From an uncultured Planctomycetota bacterium (GTDB lineage Bacteria > Planctomycetota > Phycisphaerae > Tepidisphaerales > Tepidisphaeraceae), in NCBI GenBank assembly GCA_963841915.1, contig CAWJEN010000006.1, positions 320,001 through 384,000 on the forward strand: a DNA stretch of 64,000 bases, written 5' to 3'. The notes beneath the pieces were generated by a model. That model was given only the letters and a program-made list of their open reading frames with translations, ran no database searches and was not told the DNA's origin. How positions within the stretch are numbered: position 1 is the first letter of the stretch; each line of letters opens with the position of its first letter. Below are positions 1 through 9,902 of this stretch, piece after piece. Both the position numbers and the translations under genes were made by a program.

Positions 1-140
1 CTGACATCAACATTGAGAGCTTCGAACGAAGGTGATGCAACGTCTCCGTCGAAGTCAAAAGCTGCAATGGTCGCAGCAGAGGCAGCGGCGGCAGTTGCGA
101 AGGTCGCCAGTGCGGCGGTGGTCAGAATCTGCTTGGTCAT
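1..140 (-). CDS. Secreted protein, N-terminal part only (runs off window); probably PEP-CTERM type
   Basis: Manual translation from ATG at 140 gives MTKQILTTAALATFATAAAASAATIAAFDFDGDVASPSFEALNVDV, a clear signal peptide. Purine-rich GAGAGAGA lies upstream. Not in the ORF track. Confidence 0.65.
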   Translation of the reverse strand, partial: MTKQILTTAALATFATAAAASAATIAAFDFDGDVASPSFEALNVDV

Positions 141-260
141 AGAGTATCTCTCTCGCCCCTCGGGGCAGGTAGGTCGGAGGCGGACACGCACGTCGCGGCC
201 GCCGGCTCCTCCAGCCGTGAAAACCTATCGACCACGCCTTCTACGTGCATTCGCATCTGG

Positions 261-1823
261 TTAAAACTGTGAGAAGTCGCCCAGGATCAACTCGCACGTG
301 ATCTTGCCGCTCAACGCCACCAGCGGCAGGCCGCCGCCGGGGTGCGTCGCTCCGCCGACGAAGAACAGGTTCTTGATCTTCGGATCACGGTTCGGCGGCC
401 TCAGGAATGCCTGCTTGCGACCGTTGCCACCGACGCCATAGATCGCACCGGCGTTGGCCCCGTACAGCCGCCCCAGCTCGGGTGGCGTCCACGTGTCTTC
501 CACAACCACCTTCTGTCGCAAACCTGTTAACCCGCAACGATTTTCGAGGATGTCGAGCACACGATCCCGATAGCGGGGACCTTCAATTTCCCAGTCGATC
601 GCTTTGCCAGGTCCGTGCATAGCAGGAGCGCTGACGAGCACAAACAGGTTCTCACAACCCTCGGGGGCGACCGTCGCGTCCGTTGCCGTCGGGCGGCAGA
701 CGTAAACGCACGGGTCGTCAGGCACGCGGCCGTCGACGAACATCGCCTGCAGGTCACCGCCCGGCCCGAAATAATTGTCGGGCATGTACTTCGTGTGGTG
801 TGCCACCTGCGGAAGCGTCCCTTCGACGCCGAGCAGCAGCACCATGCCGCTGCCGCCGGGGTCTAGGGCGTCGAGCTTCTTGTCCTGCCAGTGCGGCCGA
901 TGCTCGGCGTCGATCAGGCGTCGGTAGGCCGTGATCGTGTCGGCGTTGCAGACCACCGTGTCGGCCTCGACGTGCCGCCCATCGACGTTCAGACCGTCAG
1001 CGACTCCTTCTTTAACGGTCACCTTCTCGACCGGCGTTTCCGTGTGGATCTCAACGTCTTTCTCGACGGCCAGCTCGGTCAATGCCTCAGCCAGCTTGTA
1101 GAGCCCGCCTTTGATGTACCAGCCGCCGAAGTGCGTCTCGGCGTGCGGGATGACGCACAGCGTTGCAGGCGCTTTCCACGGGCTGGCACCGCTGTAGGTC
1201 GCGTACTGGTAGAGGACAGCCCGCAGGCGTTCGTCCTTGACGTGACGGTCGACGAGCTTGCTGTAGCGGCCGAACATGCCGATGCGGAACGGCACGGTGA
1301 GCAGGCCCAGCCCTTGCTTGGGCCCCAGCTTGCCCTTAAGCAGTTGCTCTGGAGCGTTCTGGAGGAACAGCTCGCCTGAAAGATCCCAAACGTGCTTGCC
1401 GCGGTCGAGGAAGCGTCGGAACCCGTCGACGTCTCTCGGCGCAAGGTCGTGGACGCTGTCAAGCGTGTCGTTGCGGTCCTTGCGGAGCTGGAGCGACGAG
1501 CCGTCGGGCCATTCAAAGCGGCTGACCGGGTCGAGGCGGATCAGCTCGAGCCGGTCATGAAGATCAACCCCTGCCGCGGCGAAGAGTTGTTCGAAGACAA
1601 AGGGCAGCGTGACAAGCGATGGCCCGGTGTCGAAGCGGAACGGCCGATCGTTCGGCCGATCGGGGTGAGGGACGGTGCGAAGGTTGAGCTTGCCACCGAG
1701 GGTGGCGTTTTGCTCGTAGAGCGAGACGCGGCATCCGCCGATCGCGAGCCGGATCGCCGCCGCCAAACCACCCACGCCACCTCCAATAACGGCAACGCGT
1801 CGCGACGCGTCGGTGGGCAACAT
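261..1823 (-). CDS. Phytoene desaturase family (CrtI/CrtN/CrtP-like) FAD oxidoreductase
   Basis: VIGGGVGGLAAA dinucleotide fold, FRFDTGPS and C-terminal LFFVGGATHPGGGLP motif. Start at ATG 1823 is inferred. Confidence 0.85.
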   Translation of the reverse strand: MLPTDASRRVAVIGGGVGGLAAAIRLAIGGCRVSLYEQNATLGGKLNLRTVPHPDRPNDRPFRFDTGPSLVTLPFVFEQLFAAAGVDLHDRLELIRLDPVSRFEWPDGSSLQLRKDRNDTLDSVHDLAPRDVDGFRRFLDRGKHVWDLSGELFLQNAPEQLLKGKLGPKQGLGLLTVPFRIGMFGRYSKLVDRHVKDERLRAVLYQYATYSGASPWKAPATLCVIPHAETHFGGWYIKGGLYKLAEALTELAVEKDVEIHTETPVEKVTVKEGVADGLNVDGRHVEADTVVCNADTITAYRRLIDAEHRPHWQDKKLDALDPGGSGMVLLLGVEGTLPQVAHHTKYMPDNYFGPGGDLQAMFVDGRVPDDPCVYVCRPTATDATVAPEGCENLFVLVSAPAMHGPGKAIDWEIEGPRYRDRVLDILENRCGLTGLRQKVVVEDTWTPPELGRLYGANAGAIYGVGGNGRKQAFLRPPNRDPKIKNLFFVGGATHPGGGLPLVALSGKITCELILGDFSQF

Positions 1824-2019
1824 GGCGCGCCTGCCGTTCTGGTGCGATTGCGCCACTTGATGAGGGTAGGTTGGCCCCTCGTTAACCGAATATTAACGGC
1901 TTGCGCTCTAAGAAATCGCCTCACCGGCGGTAGGGTTGCAACCAGCCAACCCGGGTGGGCGTACTGAGCGCTGCCGCCCGGTTCACCCGCCCTGCCGCGA
2001 CCACACCACCAAGCTCTTC

Positions 2020-3123
2020 ATGACCAGCCCTAGCCGTCGCAGATCTCGTTTCGGATTCACGCTCGTCGAGCTGCTGGTGGTGATCGGGATCATCGCCCTG
2101 CTGATCGGCATCCTGCTGCCGACGCTGTCTCGGGCACGGGAGAGTGCAAATGCTGTCAAGTGCGGCTCGAATATGCGGCAGTTCATGTCGGCCGTCGTCA
2201 TCTACGGCAACGAGAACGACGGCTTCCTGGCCGGTCCGCACACGAGCGGGCAGGTCTGGGGTCCGTCGGGCCTGAGAATCGCCTCGGGTGTTGAGTCGGA
2301 TCCGGAGTCGCCGTTGCAAAACGTGGACTGGATGAGTCCCAGCCTGGGACTGGTGCTCGGCGACCTGCCGTCGAACGATGTCGAGCGACTACAACGGCTG
2401 TTTGAGACGGACATGGAGTGTCCGACGGTCAACCAGGTGTTCAGCAGCTACTACCTCGGCGACGACATCGCGGGCATCAACGCCAGCGACATTCGGTACA
2501 GCAGCTACAGCGCCATCATTCAATTCCACACCGATCCGGCTCGCGAGCGAAAGCTCGGCTCCATGGTCCCGAGGATCAGCGCGCCGATCTCCGAATACAG
2601 CGGCACAAGCTACCCGTACGCCGCGCCGCCTCCCGGCTACTCGCCGAAGCTCGCCAAGGTCGGGCCGTCCAGCAGCAAAGCGTTTGCGATCGAGGGTGCG
2701 CGTTACCTCGAAACCAGCGGACCGGTCAACGCCCTTACCGTTGCAGACATTTCTTTCAACGCCCTGCGATATCAGGTGCAAGGCGGCAACTACATGGTCC
2801 GCGGCCCCTTCTACTTCGCGGATCGTCAGCCGCACCAGCTTATCACGAACAACGGCCTTGCCGCCGGCAACTACACACCGTCGGGCCCCAACCAAGGTGT
2901 CACCGAACCCTCGCTGGCCCTGGGCTGGCGTCACGGCGGTCTCATGAACATCGCCTTCTTCGACGGCCACATCGAGAAGCTCGCCCCGGCCGAGTCCATC
3001 GATCCGTCGATGTACCTGCCCAAGGGCTCGCGGGTCGGCTTCCAGCTGCCCGGTGGCCGCGTGGTCAATGGTTCGCAGTTCACCTACGACCCCGACGATT
3101 CCGACGTGTACGAGGTCGAGTAG
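2020..3123 (+). CDS. Prepilin-type N-terminal cleavage/methylation protein with H-X9-DG motif (DUF1559-like)
   Basis: GFTLVELLVVIGIIALLIGILLPTLSRARE at the N-terminus and RHGGLMNIAFFDGH near the C-terminus. Confidence 0.9.
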   Translation: MTSPSRRRSRFGFTLVELLVVIGIIALLIGILLPTLSRARESANAVKCGSNMRQFMSAVVIYGNENDGFLAGPHTSGQVWGPSGLRIASGVESDPESPLQNVDWMSPSLGLVLGDLPSNDVERLQRLFETDMECPTVNQVFSSYYLGDDIAGINASDIRYSSYSAIIQFHTDPARERKLGSMVPRISAPISEYSGTSYPYAAPPPGYSPKLAKVGPSSSKAFAIEGARYLETSGPVNALTVADISFNALRYQVQGGNYMVRGPFYFADRQPHQLITNNGLAAGNYTPSGPNQGVTEPSLALGWRHGGLMNIAFFDGHIEKLAPAESIDPSMYLPKGSRVGFQLPGGRVVNGSQFTYDPDDSDVYEVE

Positions 3124-3126
3124 GTT

Positions 3127-3771
3127 TCAGCCCAGCTTCTCCAGCAAATCGCCCGCCAGCCACGGGTGACGGTTGGCAAGCCATAGACGAAGGCCGTCGA
3201 CGTTGTCCTGCCGGACAACCTCGGCGGCCTCTTCGCTGGCGGCGTCGGCGAGCGCCTCGCGTCGCTGCTGCGGGTCTTGCGTCGCCCCGATGACCGTATC
3301 GCGAAGCGCAGCAACCGCCGTCGCGTGGGCGGCGTGCGGGGCCAGGACGCGTTGCACCTCGTCCGCCAGACGATTTGTCAACGCCGGGCTGCCCGCCGTC
3401 ACCGCCGCCGTCATCGGCCCTTCGTGCACCGCCACCGGGAACGTGAAGTCCCCCGCCGACGCGTCATCCGCCCGGCAGCACAACACGCCGTGCAAGTCGC
3501 ACGCCGCCCCAACCGCGTCGTTAACGTCCCACGCGTCCGTTGCAGCAATGACGAGTGTAAAGCCCACCACGTCGATCGGGTGAAACGGCCGTTCATCCAC
3601 CGAGCACGCCTCGGGCAAATCAGGTGACAACGACGGAGCGACGACACGCACACTGGCCCCGGCATCGAGGAGCATCGACGCCCGCCGTACAGCCACGCCA
3701 CCACCACCGACGATCAGCACCCGCAGCCGCGAGGCATTAAAGAACAGCGGCAAGACGTGGGTGGCAGACAT
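3127..3771 (-). CDS. Precorrin-2 dehydrogenase / sirohydrochlorin ferrochelatase (CysG N-terminal/SirC-like)
   Basis: LPLFF, VLIVGGGGVAVRR, LVIAATD and DFTFP motifs. Confidence 0.85.
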   Translation of the reverse strand: MSATHVLPLFFNASRLRVLIVGGGGVAVRRASMLLDAGASVRVVAPSLSPDLPEACSVDERPFHPIDVVGFTLVIAATDAWDVNDAVGAACDLHGVLCCRADDASAGDFTFPVAVHEGPMTAAVTAGSPALTNRLADEVQRVLAPHAAHATAVAALRDTVIGATQDPQQRREALADAASEEAAEVVRQDNVDGLRLWLANRHPWLAGDLLEKLG

Positions 3772-3867
3772 CGAAAAGCCTAAGCGTCACGACCGACCGC
3801 GTGCGGTGCATTCCCGTGGGCCTGATTCTGAAAGCAGCACGCACGCCGTGCCCTCTACCGTCGCGGC

Positions 3868-4770
3868 ATGAGCGATATTCCCCGCCGCAAGCTCGGCAAA
3901 ACCGGGTTCGACGTCAGCGTGCTTGGTTACGGCACGGCCCCGGCCGCGTTCCTCAAAGAACACGACTCCGCCGCAGACCTCATCAACTCGCTGCTCGACC
4001 GTGGCGTCAACGTGCTCGACACCGCCACCGGCTACCCCGGAAGCCAGGCCTTCCTCGGCGAGCACTTCGCCTCCAGGCGCGACGACTACGTCCTCGTCTC
4101 CAAAGTCGGTAACAGCGGCAACCCCGACAGCTTCAAGGCCGACCGCGTCCACAAAGACGTCGACAACGCGCTCAAATTGCTCAAAACCGACAGCATCGAC
4201 GTGATGCTGCTCCACTCGTGCCCGCTGGATGTGCTCGAAGCCGACGACGCGCTGGGCGCACTTGTTGAAGCTCGCGACGCCGGCAAGATCAAGTATTGCG
4301 GCTACAGCGGCGACAACGAGGCGGCAGCGTTCGCGTGCCGCCTGCCTGACATTGCGGTGATCGAGACGAGCGTCAACATCGCCGACCAGGCCAACATCGA
4401 CAAGGTGCTCCCGCTGGCCCAGAAGCACGACGTCGGCGTGATCGTCAAGCGCCCCATCGCCAATGCCGCCTGGAAGGACATCGACGATCAAAAGGGTTTC
4501 TACCAGAAGTACGCCGCCACCTACACCGAGCGGCTGGCCAAGATGGACCTTGATCCCAAGGCTCTGGGGTTCGACTGGGTGGAGCTTGCGTTGCGGTTCA
4601 CGCTCTCGCAGGCAGGCGTCACGACGGCCATCGTCGGCACGACGAATCCGGACAACGCCGACGCGAACCTGAAGCTCGCGACAGCCGACCCGCTGCCGGA
4701 AGAGGTCGTGGCGAAGCTTCGCGAAGCCTTTGCAAAGGTTGCCGACGACTCGTGGACGGGCCAGACCTGA
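3868..4770 (+). CDS. Aldo/keto reductase
   Basis: RRKLGKTGFDVSVLGYG, LDTATGY, SK, IDVMLLHS and GKIKYCGYS motifs. Confidence 0.9.
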   Translation: MSDIPRRKLGKTGFDVSVLGYGTAPAAFLKEHDSAADLINSLLDRGVNVLDTATGYPGSQAFLGEHFASRRDDYVLVSKVGNSGNPDSFKADRVHKDVDNALKLLKTDSIDVMLLHSCPLDVLEADDALGALVEARDAGKIKYCGYSGDNEAAAFACRLPDIAVIETSVNIADQANIDKVLPLAQKHDVGVIVKRPIANAAWKDIDDQKGFYQKYAATYTERLAKMDLDPKALGFDWVELALRFTLSQAGVTTAIVGTTNPDNADANLKLATADPLPEEVVAKLREAFAKVADDSWTGQT

Positions 4771-4965
4771 GAACTCGACAGTCGCACGGTTACGACGATC
4801 AAGCTACGTTGATGCCGACATGATCCGACCGCACGCCTTGCAATGGCTTCGGGAAAGCAATGGGCGCACAAATCTTGTGTTGATCGTCCCACCACTCATC
4901 ATGTCGGTGCTCGTCTACGTCGCCAGCCGCAGCAGGTCCGCCACCAGCGAGTAACCTCGACCGAC

Positions 4966-6465
4966 ATGCCGCAGACGAACCGTGACGAACTCATCCGGCT
5001 GCTCACGTCGCGGCACGCGCTGATCAGCATCGTCACAGGCGACGAGGATCACGCGCTCGACGTTGTTCGCGAGGCGGCCCTCGAGACGCGGCAGCAACTC
5101 TTCGTCTGGGACTGCGTCAACGGCCTTCGCGACGGCTTGGTCGCCAAGCAGGCGCCGCTGCCCGACACGCAGACGGCCGGCGGCGGGCTTGCGTGGGTCG
5201 AGAAACACCTCGACGGCCAGGCACTCTTCTGCTTCCTTGACCTCGTTGACCACCTCGACGGAGAGCCGGCGACACGGCGGATGCTCAAGGAGGCCGTCAA
5301 TCGGGTCGAAGCGGGTGGCGGTGCGATCGTTCTGATCGACCACAAGACGCCGCCCCCGCTCGTGCGGGAATTGGCGACGACGCTGGACTTGGCTTACCCG
5401 AGTGAAGAGGAGCTGCACGAACTCGTCCGCCGGGTCGTTCGGCAGCACCACCGCTCGGTCAAGCCGGTCCACACCCATGTCACCGGCAGCGACGTCCGCG
5501 GCATCGTGAGCAACTTACGCGGGCTCACCCGACGCCAAGCACAGCAGGCGATTCTCGATGTCGTCGCCATCGATCAGCGGCTTGACGCAGACGACGTCGA
5601 GGGTGTCTTGAAGCACAAAAAGCAGTCCCTCGCCGGCGGCGGATTGCTGCAGTTCGTCGACGCCCCGCTCGACCTCGACGACGTCGGCGGCCTGGCAAAT
5701 CTCAAACGCTGGCTCGCCCTGCGCGACGAGGCCGACAGTCAACGGGCTATTGACTTTGGCATCGAACCGCCACGCGGCTTGCTGCTGCTCGGCGTTCAAG
5801 GTGCGGGTAAGAGTTTGGCCAGCAAAGCGGTCGCAACGGCGTGGCGGAGGCCGCTGGTTCGGCTTGATGTCGGTGCGCTCTACGACCGATACGTCGGCGA
5901 AAGCGAGAAGCGTTTGCGCGACGCGCTCAAGCAGGCGGAGATGATGAGCCCGTGCGTGTTGTGGATCGACGAGGTGGAAAAAGCGTTCGCCGGTGCCGCC
6001 GCCCAGAGCAATGACGGCGGCCTGTCGCGTCGCATGTTCGGGGCGCTGCTCACGTGGATGCAGGAGCACCGCGAGCCGGTCTTTCTCATCGCGACGGCCA
6101 ACGACGTGACCGCCTTGCCGCCCGAGTTGTTACGTAAGGGGCGTTTCGACGAGATTTTCTTTGTCGATCTGCCCGAAGCCGAGGCAAGGCGGCGGATCTT
6201 CGAGATCCACCTCGCCAAGCGCAAGCGCGACCCGGAGGCCTTCGATTTGTCTCGCCTCGTCGAACTCAGTGATGGCTACACCGGTGCCGAGATCGAGCAG
6301 GCGATCTTGTCGGCGTTGTACGACGCCTTTGCGTTGCACGGCGAACTGACGACGGACGGCATCGTCTCGACGCTACGGGCGAGTGTGCCGCTGTCGGTGA
6401 CGCGACGTGAGCAGGTAATGGAACTACGGGCATGGGCACAAGATCGGTGCGTGCCGGCCGACTGA
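4966..6465 (+). CDS. AAA+ ATPase, Ycf46-like
   Basis: DVGGLANLKRWL, Walker A GVQGAGKS, Walker B LWIDEVEK, LPPELLRKGRFDEIFFVDLP. Confidence 0.88.
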   Translation: MPQTNRDELIRLLTSRHALISIVTGDEDHALDVVREAALETRQQLFVWDCVNGLRDGLVAKQAPLPDTQTAGGGLAWVEKHLDGQALFCFLDLVDHLDGEPATRRMLKEAVNRVEAGGGAIVLIDHKTPPPLVRELATTLDLAYPSEEELHELVRRVVRQHHRSVKPVHTHVTGSDVRGIVSNLRGLTRRQAQQAILDVVAIDQRLDADDVEGVLKHKKQSLAGGGLLQFVDAPLDLDDVGGLANLKRWLALRDEADSQRAIDFGIEPPRGLLLLGVQGAGKSLASKAVATAWRRPLVRLDVGALYDRYVGESEKRLRDALKQAEMMSPCVLWIDEVEKAFAGAAAQSNDGGLSRRMFGALLTWMQEHREPVFLIATANDVTALPPELLRKGRFDEIFFVDLPEAEARRRIFEIHLAKRKRDPEAFDLSRLVELSDGYTGAEIEQAILSALYDAFALHGELTTDGIVSTLRASVPLSVTRREQVMELRAWAQDRCVPAD

Positions 6466-6573
6466 CGGAGCGTTTTCGTCGTCAGCGGATCGGGTGTGAT
6501 AACCTGTTTGCGACGCAGGGGAAGATGTCCGGGAACCTCCCGGCAGCCGGCGCGTCACAGGAGGCAAGCGATC

Positions 6574-7266
6574 GTGCACGAGCAGACCGCCGCAACAGCC
6601 AAGCCACTAACTGCGCAAGCGGAGGGTGCGTCGGCCGAGCGTGACGGCGAGCTCGATCCGCAGGACCAGTTGGGTCGAGCGGCCTTTGCCAGGGCACGAG
6701 CGGGGGATCGCCAGTCATTCGGCACCGTTGTCCGGATGTATCACGATCGCCTCTACAACGCCGTGTATCGCCTGGTCAACCATCACGAAGACGCCGCCGA
6801 CCTGACGCAGGAAGCGTTCGCCAAAGCGTTTGAGAAGCTGAGCGAGTTTCGCGGGGAAAGTGCTCCTTACTCGTGGCTGTTCCGCATTGCGGTCAATGCG
6901 TCGATGACGCACCTGAGGAAGGGCAGGCGTCGGCGGAATCTGCTCAAGGACGCCGCCGCTGACCCGACGCTGGGCGGTATGACGGGTGACGGCACGGGGT
7001 GGCGGACCGGCTACGCCGCCAGTCCGTCCGACGCCGCCGAGCAGTCCGAAGACCACCGTGCCGTTGTCGAGGCGCTTGGCCGACTCGACGCGGAGTATCG
7101 GGCGTTGCTCGTCATGCGAGACCTGGAGAACTTCGATTACAAGCAGATGGCCGACATCCTCGAGTTGCCGCTGGGCACGTTGAAGAGTCGGCTGTTTCGG
7201 GCGCGTGTGGCGTTGCGCGAGCTGCTGAGCGACCACTTCAACACGTCCCGCCGCCCCGGCCGATGA
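6574..7266 (+). CDS. ECF RNA polymerase sigma factor
   Basis: Region 2 (DAADLTQEAF, SWLFRIAVN) and region 4 (YKQMADILELPLGTLKSRLFRAR). GGAGG precedes GTG 6574. Confidence 0.92.
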   Translation: MHEQTAATAKPLTAQAEGASAERDGELDPQDQLGRAAFARARAGDRQSFGTVVRMYHDRLYNAVYRLVNHHEDAADLTQEAFAKAFEKLSEFRGESAPYSWLFRIAVNASMTHLRKGRRRRNLLKDAAADPTLGGMTGDGTGWRTGYAASPSDAAEQSEDHRAVVEALGRLDAEYRALLVMRDLENFDYKQMADILELPLGTLKSRLFRARVALRELLSDHFNTSRRPGR

Positions 7267-7309
7267 TGGCCTGTTTTGTCTCGCTTTCCTTTTTCCCTGC
7301 CCCGCTTCC

Positions 7310-9049
7310 ATGACGGACGAACGCATCGAAGCCGACCTTGCCGCGTACGTCGACGGAGAGCTTGCGCCGTCCGAGGCCGGCGAGATCGAGGCCATGCTGG
7401 CCGGGAACCCTCGGTATGCGCGGATGGTGCAGGAGATGCAGCAGGCCAAGAGCTGGCTGACGTCGCTACCCGCCGTGGCCGTGCCACCGGGTGCCGCCGA
7501 TCTGGCCGACCCGACAATCGCCCGTCTGGAGCGCGAGGGCTTGCTCGATGAGCAGGAGCCTGACGGATACCGACGGTTCCTGACGCCCAACATCCTCGGG
7601 CTGGCGGCATCGCTGGTCGTCGTCGCGACGCTGGCGGTGACGGCGTACATCATGTTGTCGCCGAATGAGACGGTCCGTCTGGCGGGCGAAGCGAAGCCGC
7701 CTTCCCAGATCAGGATCGGCGACGAGATTCGCCAGGCACCGACGCCCTGGCTGGACGATCCGACAGACGCACCGGCCCAGACGCCACGGGACCCCGTCGA
7801 GCCGGCCGCTCGTCCCAGTGAACGACCTCTGCCCACCGACCCGGACGGCATGGCATCGGCGGTCGTGGTCGATGAGCCACCGGTGGTCGAGCCGGAGGTG
7901 TCGCTGCCTTACGTCAACGGCGAAGCGGTGCTGATTGTCGCCGAAGCCGACGCCGCCGAGGAGGCCGCCGGTCGCGTCGCCGCAGCCATGGCCCGTTCGC
8001 AAGTCGCCTTTGCCACCCGGGCGGCAACGCTCGACAAGCTGCAGCCCAACGTCGGTGAGATGCTGTGGGATCGCCTCGAGCGGGCCGATGTTGCGCCGGA
8101 CGGTGCGGCCGTGGCGTTTGCCTTTGTCGCCGCCGACGGTGTAAAGCGTCGCGACGTCACCGCCCTCGTCGCCGCCGCAACGGGCACCAGCAGCAAAGCC
8201 GTCGCTCTGTGGGATCAGGCAGCCGAACGTCAAGAGGGCTCGGCCATGGTGCTTGAAGGCGGGCCCGGCGGCGGACCGGGTGAATTTCGTGGCTTTGGCA
8301 TACCGCAACCGGCCGAGGAACCGGCCGACGACGCCGCACGACGCGTCTTTCCCAATGACGGCCTGATGCTCTACCTGCGGCGGACGTACCCCGACCGCGA
8401 GCTGCCGCAAGACCTGCCGGCGGAAGTTGCCGAGCAGCTGGCCGGAGCGGCGGCCCAACTCGCCATCACCGTGGATGCCGACGGCTTTGCCGACTTGTCA
8501 CCGCTGGGCTTGGGTCGCATAGACGCCCTTGGCATGACGACGCGTGAGCTGGCCGGTCTCGTGGAACTGGAAGTGGCACGCGAGTTTCTCGTTGCCATCG
8601 ACGGCAGCGTCGTGACGAGTCGCAAGAGCGAGGTGCCAGGCGGCAGAAGCACGCCGGTGCTGGACTTGCTGCGTGTCGATCGCAATCCCTTTACCATCGG
8701 TGACGCCGTGCGAATCGCCTTTGACGACGGGCGTCGGACAGAGGCCGTGGTGGCTCAGGACGGCCTTGTCGATCTGGGCGAGCTCGGCCGCGTCGAAGCC
8801 GACCAGAAGACGGCAGGCCAGCTGCAACGCGACCTCTTTGGTCAGGTGGATGCCGACGCCGACGAAGTACCACCGGCCGTGATGAATGTCTCCAGCCGTC
8901 GGGCTGCCGAGAAGGACGACACGGCCGACGAGGCCGTGCCCGTCTTCGTTCTTATTCTCGAAGCACCTGCCGCCCCTGCGACACGAGCGACGACCCAGCC
9001 GGTCACGCAACCCGCCACTCAGCCGTCGACTCGGCCGGTGGCGTGGTAA
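7310..9049 (+). CDS. Membrane-anchored anti-sigma factor with two polysaccharide-export (Wza-like) repeats in the extracytoplasmic part
   Basis: Lies directly after the ECF gene. N-terminal LAAYVDGEL anti-sigma domain, one TM helix, then two repeats: VDADGFADLSPLGLGRIDALGMTTREL and VAQDGLVDLGELGRVEADQKTAGQL. Confidence 0.7.
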   Translation: MTDERIEADLAAYVDGELAPSEAGEIEAMLAGNPRYARMVQEMQQAKSWLTSLPAVAVPPGAADLADPTIARLEREGLLDEQEPDGYRRFLTPNILGLAASLVVVATLAVTAYIMLSPNETVRLAGEAKPPSQIRIGDEIRQAPTPWLDDPTDAPAQTPRDPVEPAARPSERPLPTDPDGMASAVVVDEPPVVEPEVSLPYVNGEAVLIVAEADAAEEAAGRVAAAMARSQVAFATRAATLDKLQPNVGEMLWDRLERADVAPDGAAVAFAFVAADGVKRRDVTALVAAATGTSSKAVALWDQAAERQEGSAMVLEGGPGGGPGEFRGFGIPQPAEEPADDAARRVFPNDGLMLYLRRTYPDRELPQDLPAEVAEQLAGAAAQLAITVDADGFADLSPLGLGRIDALGMTTRELAGLVELEVAREFLVAIDGSVVTSRKSEVPGGRSTPVLDLLRVDRNPFTIGDAVRIAFDDGRRTEAVVAQDGLVDLGELGRVEADQKTAGQLQRDLFGQVDADADEVPPAVMNVSSRRAAEKDDTADEAVPVFVLILEAPAAPATRATTQPVTQPATQPSTRPVAW

Positions 9050-9164
9050 GTGTCGGGAAGTCCCTTGCCGTCTGTTGACCCAAGGCCCGTACCAGCGCTA
9101 TGGTCCCGACCGCGTCCGCCGAGGCCGCGACCTCTGATTCTCCGCCGGCCTCCTCCCGACCGCC

Positions 9165-9356
9165 ATGCTTCCCGCACAACGCACCAGCAAGTCCCGCAAG
9201 CGCAGCCGCCGTAGCCACCAGGCCCTGAAGGTCCCGCACTACGTTCGCTGCAACCAGTGCGGCAATGCCAAGCTGCCCCACGCTGCCTGCGGCAGCTGCG
9301 GCTTCGTCAACCCGAAGCTGGCCCTGAAGATCGACGGCCTCGACACCGAGGCCTAG
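9165..9356 (+). CDS. rpmF: 50S ribosomal protein L32
   Basis: MLPAQRTSKSRKRSRRSH followed by CxxC and PHAACxxCG. Confidence 0.95.
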   Translation: MLPAQRTSKSRKRSRRSHQALKVPHYVRCNQCGNAKLPHAACGSCGFVNPKLALKIDGLDTEA

Positions 9357-9389
9357 TCGCCAAGGCTTGGGCCTAGTCGCTAAGGCTTG
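9350..9389 (+). repeat. 20-bp tandem duplication overlapping the rpmF stop codon
   Basis: GGCCTAGTCGC(C/T)AAGGCTTG occurs twice with one mismatch. Confidence 0.85.
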
Positions 9390-9437
9390 AACCAGGCATC
9401 AGCCGCGAGCAGGCTGCTCGCGGCTTTGTCGTGCGCT

Positions 9438-9848
9438 TCAGTTGGTCGGCAAAACTTCGGAGCCGCCCGCCGCGTTGCGTGCCTTGCGGGCGGCGATGAA
9501 CGACTTCACACCGACGACGATGAAGGTGACGCAAAGCGCGAACATGCCGATCAGGCTGAACGCTGCTAACCCCGAGGCCTTGCCGGGCAACACGCGGACG
9601 ATGATCGGGAACAGCGTCGCCAGCGAGCCGAAGACGGCCACGAGCAACGCCACGTGCATCGTGTGCATGAGCCAGCCCGGCTTGGCCGCGGCGAGAGCGC
9701 CGAGTAGCACAATCGGCAGGCCCGCCATCACGGGAATGAGGGCCGTCTTCGTCGACCAGTCGGCCCCACCGGCGACAAAGCCGATAAGCCCGAGCGCGAT
9801 CAGCAGTCCACCGATGATCATCGCCGTCCGCGGCATGTTCGTTGTCAT
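9438..9848 (-). CDS. Hypothetical membrane protein, about 4 TM helices
   Basis: Hydrophobic ORF with TALIP and C-terminal SFIAARKAR. Confidence 0.75.
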   Translation of the reverse strand: MTTNMPRTAMIIGGLLIALGLIGFVAGGADWSTKTALIPVMAGLPIVLLGALAAAKPGWLMHTMHVALLVAVFGSLATLFPIIVRVLPGKASGLAAFSLIGMFALCVTFIVVGVKSFIAARKARNAAGGSEVLPTN

Positions 9849-9902
9849 GCACAGACGGTAGAGCGTCCGCGCATGTCCGCGTGCGTCACTTCATCCGGGC
9901 CG

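Noticed and set aside
261..1823. Carotenoid biosynthetic gene cluster
   Set aside because: Only one desaturase is present, with no synthase or other crt genes nearby.
4820..4954. Possible 44-aa membrane peptide upstream of the AAA ATPase
   Set aside because: It has a hydrophobic stretch but no recognisable family or RBS, so support is insufficient.
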